Under the pieces are notes generated by a model. That model saw only the letters and a list, made by a program, of their open reading frames with translations, had not been told where the DNA came from and searched no databases. A program made the translations under genes and the position numbers. DNA of 42,303 bases from a virus (lineage: Duplodnaviria; Heunggongvirae; Uroviricota; Caudoviricetes), in the IMG/VR virus record IMGVR_UViG_2851976983_000005; one strand, given 5' to 3'. Below are positions 31,175 through 40,392 of the stretch, in pieces (positions within the stretch are counted from its first letter, which is position 1; every line of letters begins with the position of its first letter).

Positions 31175-31486
31175 TTGCCTGATTTACGTGGTGAGTTTAT
31201 TCGCGGCTGGGATGACGGAAGAGGAATTGATACTAACCGTAGCTTGCTTTCATCACAGGGCGATGCCATTCGAAATATAATTGGTGCATTAGTGGATGTC
31301 AGGTTTAATACCTATCCTTCTGATTCTGGTGCTTTTACAACCAGCGTCATCGGAGATGCTTCATCTGATTCAATTAAAGGTGGTTATGCAAAGCGAGTAA
31401 CATTTGATGCTTCCAGAGTTGTTCCAACTGCAAACGAAAACCGTCCGCGTAATATTGCATTTAACTATATCGTGAGGGCAGCCTGA
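31175..31486 (+). CDS. Tail-fibre C-terminal segment, in frame with H but separated from it by TAA
   Basis: LPDLRGEFIRGWDDGRG and C-terminal NIAFNYIVRAA are typical of Mu S and lambda Stf-type fibre ends. The ORF track start is TTG 31175, directly after the stop. Confidence 0.6.
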   Translation: MPDLRGEFIRGWDDGRGIDTNRSLLSSQGDAIRNIIGALVDVRFNTYPSDSGAFTTSVIGDASSDSIKGGYAKRVTFDASRVVPTANENRPRNIAFNYIVRAA

Positions 31487-32004
31487 TGCATAAAGCAATA
31501 TTAAATAGTGAGCTTATTGCAACCAAGGCAGGGGATGTTACCGTTTATAACTACGATGGTGAAACACGGGAATATATTTCCACGTCAACTGAATATCTTG
31601 CTGTTGGTGTCGGTATTCCGGCATGTTCCTGTCTTGATGCACCTGGCATACATAAGGTTGGTTATGCTATCTGTCGTTCTGTGAATTTAAATTCATGGGA
31701 ATATGTGCCAGATCTTCGCGGTGAAATCGTCTATAGCACCGAAACAGGAGAATCGAAAGAAATCACAGCTCCGGGTGATTATCCTGAAAATACAACCACT
31801 ATCGCCCCGTTAACGCCATACGATGAATGGAATGGTGAGAAATGGGTGACAGATACCGAGGCACAGCACGGCGCAGCAGTAGATGCAGCAGAAGCACAGC
31901 GCCCGGTGCTGATTGATACTGCATGGCTCCACAGTTATTCAATGATTACGCCGACGGCTAGCAGGCAGAAACATCCGCCGCTGTGCTGGATCATTGACCG
32001 GTGA
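31486..32004 (+). CDS. Tail fibre assembly protein (Tfa/Mu U-like), atypical C-terminus
   Basis: 172 aa with Tfa-like N-terminus (VTVYNYDGETREYI, YDEWNGEKWVTDTEA). Start overlaps the upstream stop (TGATG). Confidence 0.6.
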   Translation: MHKAILNSELIATKAGDVTVYNYDGETREYISTSTEYLAVGVGIPACSCLDAPGIHKVGYAICRSVNLNSWEYVPDLRGEIVYSTETGESKEITAPGDYPENTTTIAPLTPYDEWNGEKWVTDTEAQHGAAVDAAEAQRPVLIDTAWLHSYSMITPTASRQKHPPLCWIIDR

Positions 32005-32039
32005 CGGCAAAGATCCAGCACAGCGCCGGATGTATCTGC
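31966..32039. repeat. Inverted repeat, 28-bp arms (26/28 identical) around an 18-bp spacer, spanning the tfa stop codon
   Basis: Arm 32012..32039 gatccagcacagcgccggatgtatctgc; reverse complement of 31966..31993 is gatccagcacagcggcggatgtttctgc. Confidence 0.7.
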
Positions 32040-32377
32040 CTGACTGCCGAGGCGTAGGCCATTCAATATCTGGCGCCAGTATGATCAGCTCATGGCAGAT
32101 GCCATATGTGCAGTTCCTCATTCAGACGACCGATGCTGCTTTCCAGCCATTGCTTACCGTTCTGTATTCGTTCTGTCACTCATTTCTCATCAGCCCAGCA
32201 AGTTGCTTAACGGGGCGAAGTTTACCCAGGAAATCACCCAGCTGGATTTTACCTCAGAGCGTTTCCATGAAACCAGTCACCGCGATATTGGCCGTCTACC
32301 CATGAATTTAAATTCACAGTGACAAGATAAAAAGCATTTTGTCGGTGAATCAAGTCGACATTAATACCCACCCCCAT
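32005..32377 (-). pseudogene. Fragmented remnant of the second (inverted) tail fibre assembly gene
   Basis: Minus-strand fragments encode VNLNSW (shared with the plus-strand Tfa) and APDIEWP (Tfa C-terminal motif) in different frames, interrupted by stops. Confidence 0.35.
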
Positions 32378-32750
32378 ATTCAGTTGAATTAGATTTCGTG
32401 TATGCGCAAGCGGCTTTGAATTTGACCCGGTCAACAATCGCTGCGCTAACAAAAGGGGCTCCATTAGTCGCGTAGATCACAGAATTGACCAGCGAAGGAT
32501 TGATGGAAAGGCAAGCATTAGGAAAGGCAACCGGCCATGAGTCATCAACAACGACCATATTACCGTCGGTAGATTGCGGCACTGATAGCGTCTTCCACTG
32601 AAGCAATGCTGTTCGTTGTACTCCACCAATTAATACTGGAATAGTGATGTTACCTGCACTGCTGGCTAATGCTGTCGCAGCAGGCATTTTCGCTGCTTCT
32701 CCCAAACCAACGTTTAAGAAAATGCAGAGGTAACAGCTAACTGGCATCAT
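32361..32750 (-). CDS. Alternative tail-fibre C-terminal segment (Sv'-like), promoterless, expressed only after inversion
   Basis: Minus-strand ORF whose 5' part contains the right crossover site; no similarity to the plus-orientation C-terminus. Confidence 0.4.
   Translation of the reverse strand: MMPVSCYLCIFLNVGLGEAAKMPAATALASSAGNITIPVLIGGVQRTALLQWKTLSVPQSTDGNMVVVDDSWPVAFPNACLSINPSLVNSVIYATNGAPFVSAAIVDRVKFKAACAYTKSNSTEYGGGY
32697..32722. other. gix/hix-like 26-bp inversion crossover site (right)
   Basis: TTCTCCCAAACC-AA-CGTTTAAGAAAA; about 19/26 positions match the hixL consensus as I recall it. Confidence 0.45.
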
Positions 32751-32777
32751 CTCCGGTTTTTATTCAGGGGGATGATC

Positions 32778-33344
32778 ATGCTTATTGGCTATGTACGCGT
32801 GTCAACAAATGACCAGAACACCGATTTGCAACGTAATGCACTGAACTGCGCGGGATGTGAGCAGATTTTTGAGGACAAAATCAGTGGCACTAAGTCCGAC
32901 AGACCGGGGCTGAAAAAACTACTCAGGACACTATCGGCAGGAGACACGCTGGTTGTCTGGAAGCTGGACAGGTTGGGGCGCAGTATGCGGCATCTTGTTA
33001 CGCTGATAGAAGAGTTGCGCCAGCGTGGTGTGAATTTCAGAAGCCTGACTGACAGTATTGATACCAGTACCCCAATGGGCCGTTTCTTTTTTCATGTCAT
33101 GGGTGCCCTGGCTGAAATGGAACGCGAACTGATAGTTGAACGTACCAGGGCAGGGCTGGCTGCAGCTCGTGCCAAAGGCAGAGTAGGTGGACGCCGTCCT
33201 AAGTTGACCACCGAACAGTGGGCACAGATTGGGCGTTTACTCGAGGCCGGAGAATCAAGACAGCGTATTGCACTGATTTTTGATGTAGGCGTTTCTACCA
33301 TTTATAGAAAATTTCCGGCAAATAAGATCAATGAATCCCCCTGA
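32778..33344 (+). CDS. Serine DNA invertase (Gin/Hin/Pin/Cin family)
   Basis: MLIGYVRVSTNDQNTDLQRNAL, TLVVWKLDRLGRS and GRFFFHVMGALAEMERELIVERT are near-identical to Gin/Hin signatures. Confidence 0.9.
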   Translation: MLIGYVRVSTNDQNTDLQRNALNCAGCEQIFEDKISGTKSDRPGLKKLLRTLSAGDTLVVWKLDRLGRSMRHLVTLIEELRQRGVNFRSLTDSIDTSTPMGRFFFHVMGALAEMERELIVERTRAGLAAARAKGRVGGRRPKLTTEQWAQIGRLLEAGESRQRIALIFDVGVSTIYRKFPANKINESP

Positions 33345-33382
33345 ATCAGCATTATGTTGATTATCCCTGCAAGCAGACAAAT

Positions 33383-33400
33383 ACCGTTATTTTGTGTGAA
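33383..33400. promoter_or_regulatory. Ogr-type late-promoter element TGT-N12-ACA (upstream of sheath/tube operon)
   Basis: tgtgtgaataacgacaca, 87 bp upstream of the sheath gene ATG. Confidence 0.4.
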
Positions 33401-33486
33401 TAACGACACAACTGCGCTTAGCTGTTTGTCAGGCACAATCACTTCAACATAGGGCGAAGCCTAATCCAATCAGGAGGTTCGCCACT

Positions 33487-34659
33487 ATGGCTCAGGATTA
33501 CCACCACGGGGTGCACGTTGTTGAAGTCAACGAAGGCACCCGATCTATTACCACGGTGAGCACCGCCATCGTGGGTATGGTCTGCACGGGCGATGATGCC
33601 GATGCAAAAATGTTTCCTCTTAATAAACCCGTGCTGATCACTGATGTGCTGACTGCCAGCGGTAAAGCGGGTGAGTCAGGTACTCTGGCCCGTTCGCTGG
33701 ATGCCATCGCTGACCAGGCAAAACCCGTGACCATTGTTGTGCGTGTGCCGCAGGGTGAAACGGAAGACGAAACCACGACCAATATCATCGGCGCAGTGAC
33801 TGCTGAAGGTAAAAAAACAGGTATGAAAGCCCTGTTATCTGCCCAGTCACAGCTCGGCGTTAAACCGCGCATTCTCGGCGTGCCAGGCCACGACACCAAG
33901 GCGGTAGCTACTGAGTTGCTGAGCGTGGCGCAAAGCCTGCGTGGATTTGCTTACCTGTCAGCGTATGGCTGCAAGACAGTGCAGGAGGCGATCACTTACC
34001 GCGAAAACTTCAGCCAGCGCGAAGGGATGCTGATCTGGCCTGACTTTACTGGCTGGGACACGGTGCTGAATGCCGAAGCAACGGCATATGCCACCGCCCG
34101 TGCGCTTGGTCTGCGCGCCAAAATTGACGAGCAGACCGGATGGCACAAAAGCCTGTCCAACGTGGGCGTGAACGGTGTCACCGGAATTTCTGCAGATGTG
34201 TTCTGGGATCTGCAGGACCCGGCAACCGATGCAGGTCTGCTGAACCAGAACGACGTCACCACGCTTGTGCGTAAAGACGGTTTCCGCTTCTGGGGTTCCC
34301 GCTGCCTGAGTGATGACCCGCTCTTTGCCTTCGAAAACTACACCCGCACGGCGCAGGTGCTGATGGACACGATGGCAGAAGCACACATGTGGGCGGTGGA
34401 TAAACCGCTTAACCCGTCGCTGGCCCGCGACATTATCGAAGGTATCCGCGCCAAAATGCGCAGCCTGGTCAGTCAGGGCTATCTCATTGGTGGTGATTGC
34501 TGGCTGGATGAGTCGGTGAACGACAAAGACACGCTGAAAGCCGGAAAACTCACCATCGACTACGACTACACGCCAGTGCCGCCACTTGAAAACCTGATGC
34601 TGCGTCAGCGCATCACCGATCAGTACCTGGTGAATTTCGCCAGCCAGGTCAGCGCGTAA
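33487..34659 (+). CDS. Tail sheath protein (P2 gpFI homolog)
   Basis: 390 aa; gene order FI-FII-E-T-U-D. Confidence 0.9.
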   Translation: MAQDYHHGVHVVEVNEGTRSITTVSTAIVGMVCTGDDADAKMFPLNKPVLITDVLTASGKAGESGTLARSLDAIADQAKPVTIVVRVPQGETEDETTTNIIGAVTAEGKKTGMKALLSAQSQLGVKPRILGVPGHDTKAVATELLSVAQSLRGFAYLSAYGCKTVQEAITYRENFSQREGMLIWPDFTGWDTVLNAEATAYATARALGLRAKIDEQTGWHKSLSNVGVNGVTGISADVFWDLQDPATDAGLLNQNDVTTLVRKDGFRFWGSRCLSDDPLFAFENYTRTAQVLMDTMAEAHMWAVDKPLNPSLARDIIEGIRAKMRSLVSQGYLIGGDCWLDESVNDKDTLKAGKLTIDYDYTPVPPLENLMLRQRITDQYLVNFASQVSA

Positions 34660-34668
34660 GGGGACAAC

Positions 34669-35184
34669 ATGGCTTTACCACGCAAATTAAAACACCTGAA
34701 CCTGTTTAACGACGGGAACAACTGGCAGGGGATCGTTGAGTCGCTGACGCTGCCGAAATTTACCCGCAAATATGAGAAGTATCGCGGCGGCGGAATGCCG
34801 GGTGCGGTGGATGTGGAGCTGGGGCTTGATGACAGTGCGCTGGACACAGAATTTTCCATTGGTGGTACTGAATTGCTGCTGTTTAAACAGATGGGTAAAG
34901 CCACGGTGGATGGCATCCAGCTGCGCTTTACCGGCTCTATTCAGCGTGACGATACCGGGGAAGTGCAGGCCGTGGAGCTTGTCGTGCGTGGACGTCACAA
35001 AGAAGTGGATTCCGGCGAGTGGAAGACGGGCGAAAGCAACACCACCAAAGTGACCAGTACCAACAGCTACGCGAAGCTGACCATCAATGGTGAGGTGCTC
35101 TATGAAGTGGACCTTATCAACATGGTGGAAATTGTGGACGGTGTGGACCTGATGGAAGCGCACCGCAACGCCCTCGGCCTCTGA
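34669..35184 (+). CDS. Tail tube protein (P2 gpFII homolog)
   Basis: 171 aa versus 172 aa for P2 FII as I recall it. Confidence 0.9.
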   Translation: MALPRKLKHLNLFNDGNNWQGIVESLTLPKFTRKYEKYRGGGMPGAVDVELGLDDSALDTEFSIGGTELLLFKQMGKATVDGIQLRFTGSIQRDDTGEVQAVELVVRGRHKEVDSGEWKTGESNTTKVTSTNSYAKLTINGEVLYEVDLINMVEIVDGVDLMEAHRNALGL

Positions 35185-35238
35185 TATATCTGAACGGCGC
35201 GGGATACCGCGCCAGAACCCAATTGACAGGACAGCAAA

Positions 35239-35541
35239 ATGAGCGATAAGCAGACTGAAAAGACCATTCAACTGGATACCCCCATCAAGCGCGGTAAAAC
35301 AGAAATCACCGAAATTGTGCTGCGTAAACCGCAGTCCGGTGCGCTGCGCGGTACACGCCTGCAGGCCATTATGGATATGGATGTAAACGCGATGATGACC
35401 GTGATCCCCCGCATCTCCAGTCCGGCACTGACTGCACAGGAAATTGCAGAGATGGACCCGGCAGATCTCACTGCCATGTCGGTTGAGGTTGTCACTTTTT
35501 TGTTGAAGAAGTCGGTGCTTGCCGGTTTACCGACAGCCTGA
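35239..35541 (+). CDS. Tail assembly chaperone (P2 gpE homolog)
   Basis: 100 aa, directly before the tape-measure gene; slippery heptamer near its 3' end. Confidence 0.75.
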   Translation: MSDKQTEKTIQLDTPIKRGKTEITEIVLRKPQSGALRGTRLQAIMDMDVNAMMTVIPRISSPALTAQEIAEMDPADLTAMSVEVVTFLLKKSVLAGLPTA

Positions 35542-35675
35542 CGGTTGACGATCTGGTGGCAGATATCGCCACCATTTTTCACTGGCCGCCATCCGTTACT
35601 GACGTTATGCCGCTGACCGAAGTGCTGGAATGGCGGTATAAAGCGATTCAGAGAAGCGGGGCCAACGATGAGTGA
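35239..35675 (+). CDS. Predicted -1 frameshift product (gpE+E' homolog)
   Basis: The -1 frame after T_TTT_TTG (35496..35502) stays open to TGA 35673..35675, giving about 145 aa, close to 142 aa for P2 E+E' as I recall it. Confidence 0.55.
35496..35502 (+). other. Programmed -1 ribosomal frameshift slippery heptamer T_TTT_TTG
   Basis: Zero-frame codons ACT TTT TTG; position and geometry match the conserved tail-chaperone frameshift (lambda G/GT, P2 E/E+E'). Confidence 0.55.
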
Positions 35676-38600
35676 TAACAACCTGCGTCTGCAGGTCATT
35701 CTTAATGCGGTTGACAAGCTCACCCGCCCATTTCGATCTGCGCAGGCCAGTTCAAGAGAACTGGCTGCTGCTGTCAAAAAATCCCGCGATGCAATAAAGC
35801 AGCTTGATCAGGCCGGGAGCAGTCTGGACAGCTTCCGAAAGCTGCAGGCAGAAAATCAGAAATTAGGCGACAGGCTGAACTATGCCCGCCAGCGTGCAAA
35901 TTTGCTCAGTCAGGAACTGGGAGCGATGGGGCCGCCTTCGCAACGTCAGGTTGTTGCTCTGGGCCGTCAACGGCTGGCTGTTCAGCGCCTGGAAGAACGC
36001 CAGAAAAAGCTGCAGCAGCAGACGGCGCTTGTGCGTGCTGAACTGTACCGGGCGGGAATTTCTGCGAAAGACGATGCGGGAGCAACTGCCCGTTTAGCCC
36101 GTGAAACATCACGTTATAACCAGGAACTTTCGAAACAGGAGGCGCGGCTGAAGCGACTGGGGGAAGCTCAGCGCAGGATGAATGCAGCGCGTGCCAGTTA
36201 TGCCCGTTCGCTGGAGGTGCGTGATCGTATTGCAGGTGCCGGAGCCACCACCACGGCTGCAGGGCTGGCAATGGGTGCGCCAGTGATGGCGGCAGTAAAA
36301 AGCTATACCAGCATGGAAGATGCCATGAAAGGTGTGGCAAAGCAGGTCAATGGTCTGCGTGACGATAATGGCAACCGCACTGCACGTTTTTATGAAATGC
36401 AGGATGCCATCAAGGCTGCCAGCGAACAGTTGCCGATGGAAAACGGTGCGGTGGACTTCGCTGCACTGGTTGAAGGTGGTGCGCGCATGAACGTCGCAAA
36501 CCCTGACGACAGCTGGGAAGATCAGAAACGTGACCTGCTGGCCTTCGCCAGTACGGCAGCAAAGGCGGCAACAGCCTTTGAGCTGCCAGCGGATGAACTG
36601 TCAGAAAGTCTGGGGAAAATCGCCCAGCTCTACAAAATCCCCACCCGCAATATTGAACAGCTCGGTGATGCGCTGAACTATCTGGATGATAACGCCATGT
36701 CGAAAGGGGCAGACATCATTGATGTGATGCAACGTCTGGGCGGTGTGGCTGACCGTCTGGATTATCGTAAAGCGGCGGCGCTGGGTTCCACCTTCCTGAC
36801 ACTGGGCGCTGCGCCAGAGGTTGCAGCCAGTGCAGCAAACGCGATGGTGCGTGAATTGTCCATTGCCACCATGCAAAGCAAGAGTTTCTTTGAAGGGATG
36901 AATCTGCTGAAACTCAATCCTGAAGTGATTGAAAAGCAGATGACGAAGGATGCGATGGGAACCATCCAGCGCGTGCTGGAGAAGGTAAACGCGCTGCCGC
37001 AGGACAAGCGCCTGTCTGCCATGACTATGTTGTTTGGTAAAGAGTTTGGCGATGACGCGGCGAAACTGGCAAACAACCTGCCGGAACTGCAGCGTCAGTT
37101 AAAACTGACAGCGGGCAATGATGCGCTTGGCTCCATGCAGAAAGAATCCGACATTAACAAGGATTCACTTTCTGCGCAGTGGTTGCTGGTCAAAACCGGA
37201 GCGCAGAACACCTTCAGCAGCCTGGGCGAAACGCTGCGCCAGCCGCTGATGGATATTCTGTACACGGTGAAAAGCGTCACGGGGGCGTTGCGTCGCTGGG
37301 TGGAAGCTAACCCGGAACTGACAGGCACACTGATGAAAGCATCGGCTGTTGTGGCTGCGGTTACCGTCGGCCTCGGCACCTTAGCGGTGGCGCTGGCTGC
37401 AGTGCTGGGGCCGCTGGCAGTGATCCGTCTGGGATTCTCTGTGTTGGGTATCAAAACGTTATCTTCCGTTACGGCAGCAGTAACTCGAACCAGCAGCGCG
37501 TTGTCCTGGCTGGCTGGCGCACCACTGGCACTGCTGCGACGCGGGCTTGCTTCATCGGGCAACGCCGCAGGTTTACTTACTGCGCCGTTGTCGTCTTTGC
37601 GCCGCACGGCATCACTGACGGGAAATGTCCTGAAAACTGTAGCAGGTGCGCCGGTTGCACTTTTGCGGTCTGGATTATCCGGTTTACGTGCTGTTGCTGT
37701 GATGTTTATGAATCCTCTGGCGGTACTGCGCGGTGGACTGGCCGCCGCAGGCACGGTGCTGCGAGTACTGGCATCTGGTCCACTGGCGATGCTGCGCGTT
37801 GCCCTGTATGCCATATCTGGTCTGTTAGGTGCTCTGCTCAGTCCGATAGGTCTTGTGGTTACTGCACTGGCGGGCGTGGCGCTGGTTGTCTGGAAATACT
37901 GGCAACCCATCACCGCATTTCTCGGTGGCGTGGTGGAAGGATTCAAAGCGGCGGCAGGTCCCATCAGTGCAGCGTTCGAACCGCTTAAGCCCGTGTTCCA
38001 GTGGATTGGCGACAAAGTGCAGGCGCTGTGGGGCTGGTTTACTGATCTGCTGACGCCCGTTAAGTCGACCTCTGCCGAACTGCAGAGCGCAGCGGCAATG
38101 GGGCGGCGATTCGGGGAGGCACTGGCGGAAGGGCTGAATATGGTCATGCATCCGCTGGACTCCCTGAAATCCGGCGTTTCCTGGTTGCTGGAGAAGCTCG
38201 GCATTGTCAGTAAAGAGGCCGCAAAGGCAAAACTGCCGGAAAGCGTGACGCGTCAGCAACCTGCGACGGTGAATGCAGACGGTAAAGTGATGATGCCATC
38301 GGGTGGTTTTCCATCATGGGGATATGGCTTTGCGGGGATGTATGACAGCGGCGGGTATATCCCGCGCGGGCAGTTTGGCATCGTCGGTGAAAACGGGCCG
38401 GAAATTGTTAACGGCCCGGCAAATGTGACCAGCCGGAGAAATACAGCTGCACTGGCTGCCGTTGTTGCCGGAATGATGGGCGTTGCTGCCGCGCCAGCAG
38501 AGCTTCCACCGTTGCACCCCTTGGCACTTCCCGCGAAAGGTGGAGAAGCAATTGTGAGTCGCGCAGCCACTGTGCCACTCGTTCAACGGATTGAGGCACC

Positions 38601-38745
38601 GACGCAGATCATCATTCAGACGCAGCCAGGACAAAGTGCGCAGGATATTGCGCGGGAGGTGGCACGCCAACTTGATGAACGTGAACGCAGGCTGAAGGCA
38701 AAAGCCAGGAGTAACTACAGCGATCAGGGGGGATACGACGCATGA
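35668..38745 (+). CDS. Tail tape measure protein (P2 gpT homolog)
   Basis: 1025 aa, coiled-coil N-terminal half, internal about 22-aa PLAxLRxGL repeats, Gly-rich C-terminus. Confidence 0.85.
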   Translation: MSDNNLRLQVILNAVDKLTRPFRSAQASSRELAAAVKKSRDAIKQLDQAGSSLDSFRKLQAENQKLGDRLNYARQRANLLSQELGAMGPPSQRQVVALGRQRLAVQRLEERQKKLQQQTALVRAELYRAGISAKDDAGATARLARETSRYNQELSKQEARLKRLGEAQRRMNAARASYARSLEVRDRIAGAGATTTAAGLAMGAPVMAAVKSYTSMEDAMKGVAKQVNGLRDDNGNRTARFYEMQDAIKAASEQLPMENGAVDFAALVEGGARMNVANPDDSWEDQKRDLLAFASTAAKAATAFELPADELSESLGKIAQLYKIPTRNIEQLGDALNYLDDNAMSKGADIIDVMQRLGGVADRLDYRKAAALGSTFLTLGAAPEVAASAANAMVRELSIATMQSKSFFEGMNLLKLNPEVIEKQMTKDAMGTIQRVLEKVNALPQDKRLSAMTMLFGKEFGDDAAKLANNLPELQRQLKLTAGNDALGSMQKESDINKDSLSAQWLLVKTGAQNTFSSLGETLRQPLMDILYTVKSVTGALRRWVEANPELTGTLMKASAVVAAVTVGLGTLAVALAAVLGPLAVIRLGFSVLGIKTLSSVTAAVTRTSSALSWLAGAPLALLRRGLASSGNAAGLLTAPLSSLRRTASLTGNVLKTVAGAPVALLRSGLSGLRAVAVMFMNPLAVLRGGLAAAGTVLRVLASGPLAMLRVALYAISGLLGALLSPIGLVVTALAGVALVVWKYWQPITAFLGGVVEGFKAAAGPISAAFEPLKPVFQWIGDKVQALWGWFTDLLTPVKSTSAELQSAAAMGRRFGEALAEGLNMVMHPLDSLKSGVSWLLEKLGIVSKEAAKAKLPESVTRQQPATVNADGKVMMPSGGFPSWGYGFAGMYDSGGYIPRGQFGIVGENGPEIVNGPANVTSRRNTAALAAVVAGMMGVAAAPAELPPLHPLALPAKGGEAIVSRAATVPLVQRIEAPTQIIIQTQPGQSAQDIAREVARQLDERERRLKAKARSNYSDQGGYDA

Positions 38746-39227
38746 TGATGGTGCTGGGATTGTACGTGTTTATGCTGCGCACCGTTCCGTATCAGGAACT
38801 GCAGTATCAACGCAGCTGGCGACATGCGGCAAACAGTCGGGTAAACCGACGTCCGTCCATGCAGTTTCTGGGACCGGAAAACGACATGCTGACGCTTTCC
38901 GGTGTTCTTATGCCGGAAATAACAGGCGGCAGGCTGTCGTTGCTGGCACTGGAGCAGATGGCAGAACAGGGGAAAGCATGGCCCCTGATTGAAGGCAGCG
39001 GCACGATTTACGGCATGTATGTGATTGAGGGACTGAATCAGACTAAAACGGAGTTTTTCCGCGACGGTATGCCGCGCCGGATTGAGTTCACCCTGTCGCT
39101 CAAACGAGTGGATGAATCCCTGTCCGATATGTTCGGTGATCTCAGTGCGCAACTGAATAATCTGCAGGACACGGCAACGTCTGCCTTAAGCGATATCAGT
39201 AAAACGGTGGGAGGGCTGCTGTCGTGA
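38742..39227 (+). CDS. Tail protein (P2 gpU homolog)
   Basis: 161 aa versus 159 aa for P2 U as I recall it; gene order. Confidence 0.8.
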   Translation: MMMVLGLYVFMLRTVPYQELQYQRSWRHAANSRVNRRPSMQFLGPENDMLTLSGVLMPEITGGRLSLLALEQMAEQGKAWPLIEGSGTIYGMYVIEGLNQTKTEFFRDGMPRRIEFTLSLKRVDESLSDMFGDLSAQLNNLQDTATSALSDISKTVGGLLS

Positions 39228-40324
39228 ATTTCAGCTCTGAACTGCTTAACAAAGGCAACAAAACTCCCGCATTCAGCATCAGTATTGAGGGCAGGGATAT
39301 CACCACTGTGCTGGATAACCGCCTGATGAGTTTGACGCTGACGGATAACCGGGGCTTTGAAGCGGACCAGCTTGATCTGGAGCTGGATGACGCTGACGGA
39401 AAAATCGTGCTGCCGCGCCGTGGTGCGGTTATTACGCTGGCGCTGGGCTGGAAGGGGCAGCCGCTTTTCCCGAAAGGGGCATTCACAGTGGACGAGATTG
39501 AACACACTGGCGCACCGGACCGCCTGACTATCCGGGCGCGAAGTGCTGATTTTCGGGAAACGCTGAATACCCGCCGTGAAAAATCGTGGCATAAGACCAC
39601 CGTCGGGGAAGTGGTGAAGGAAATAGCCGCGCGGCACAAGCTGAAGATGGCCCTGGGTAAAGACCTGTCGGATAAGCCCGTGGAGCATATAGACCAGACT
39701 AATGAGAGTGACGGCAGTTTTCTGATGCGGCTGGCGCGACAGTACGGTGCCATCGCGTCGGTGAAAAATGGCAATCTGTTATTCATCCGGCAGGGGCAGG
39801 GCAAAAGCGCCACTGGTAAACCTCTGCCAGTGATCACTATCACACGCAAGGACGGCGACAGTCACCGATTTACCCTGGCAGATCGCGGAGCCTACACGGG
39901 CGTAATTGCCAGCTGGTTGCATACCCGCGAACCTGCGAAGAAAGAAAGCACCACGGTGAAGCGTAAGCGCAGAACTAAGAAGCAGAAGAAAGAGCCGGAA
40001 GCGAAGCAGGGCGATTACCTGGTGGGTACGGATGAAAACGTGCTGGTACTTAATCGCACTTATGCCAACCGGAGCAACGCTGAACGGGCAGCGAAAATGC
40101 AGTGGGAACGCCTGCAACGCGGCGTTGCGTCATTCTCGCTACAACTGGCGGAAGGGCGGGCAGATCTTTACACGGAAATGCCAGTGAAAGTTAGTGGCTT
40201 TAAACAACCGATAGATGATGCGGAATGGACCATTACGACTCTGACTCATACCGTCAGCCCGGATAATGGTTTTACGACCAGTATTGAACTCGAAGTGAAG
40301 ATTGATGATCTTGAAATGGAATAA
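39224..40324 (+). CDS. Tail protein D (late control gene D homolog)
   Basis: 366 aa; gene order before ogr. Confidence 0.85.
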   Translation: MNFSSELLNKGNKTPAFSISIEGRDITTVLDNRLMSLTLTDNRGFEADQLDLELDDADGKIVLPRRGAVITLALGWKGQPLFPKGAFTVDEIEHTGAPDRLTIRARSADFRETLNTRREKSWHKTTVGEVVKEIAARHKLKMALGKDLSDKPVEHIDQTNESDGSFLMRLARQYGAIASVKNGNLLFIRQGQGKSATGKPLPVITITRKDGDSHRFTLADRGAYTGVIASWLHTREPAKKESTTVKRKRRTKKQKKEPEAKQGDYLVGTDENVLVLNRTYANRSNAERAAKMQWERLQRGVASFSLQLAEGRADLYTEMPVKVSGFKQPIDDAEWTITTLTHTVSPDNGFTTSIELEVKIDDLEME

Positions 40325-40392
40325 AGTGTTCTCAATATTGATATTTTGTGTATCATTACAATGATGCTGATAGCAAAAGTAGGGATCTGGAT

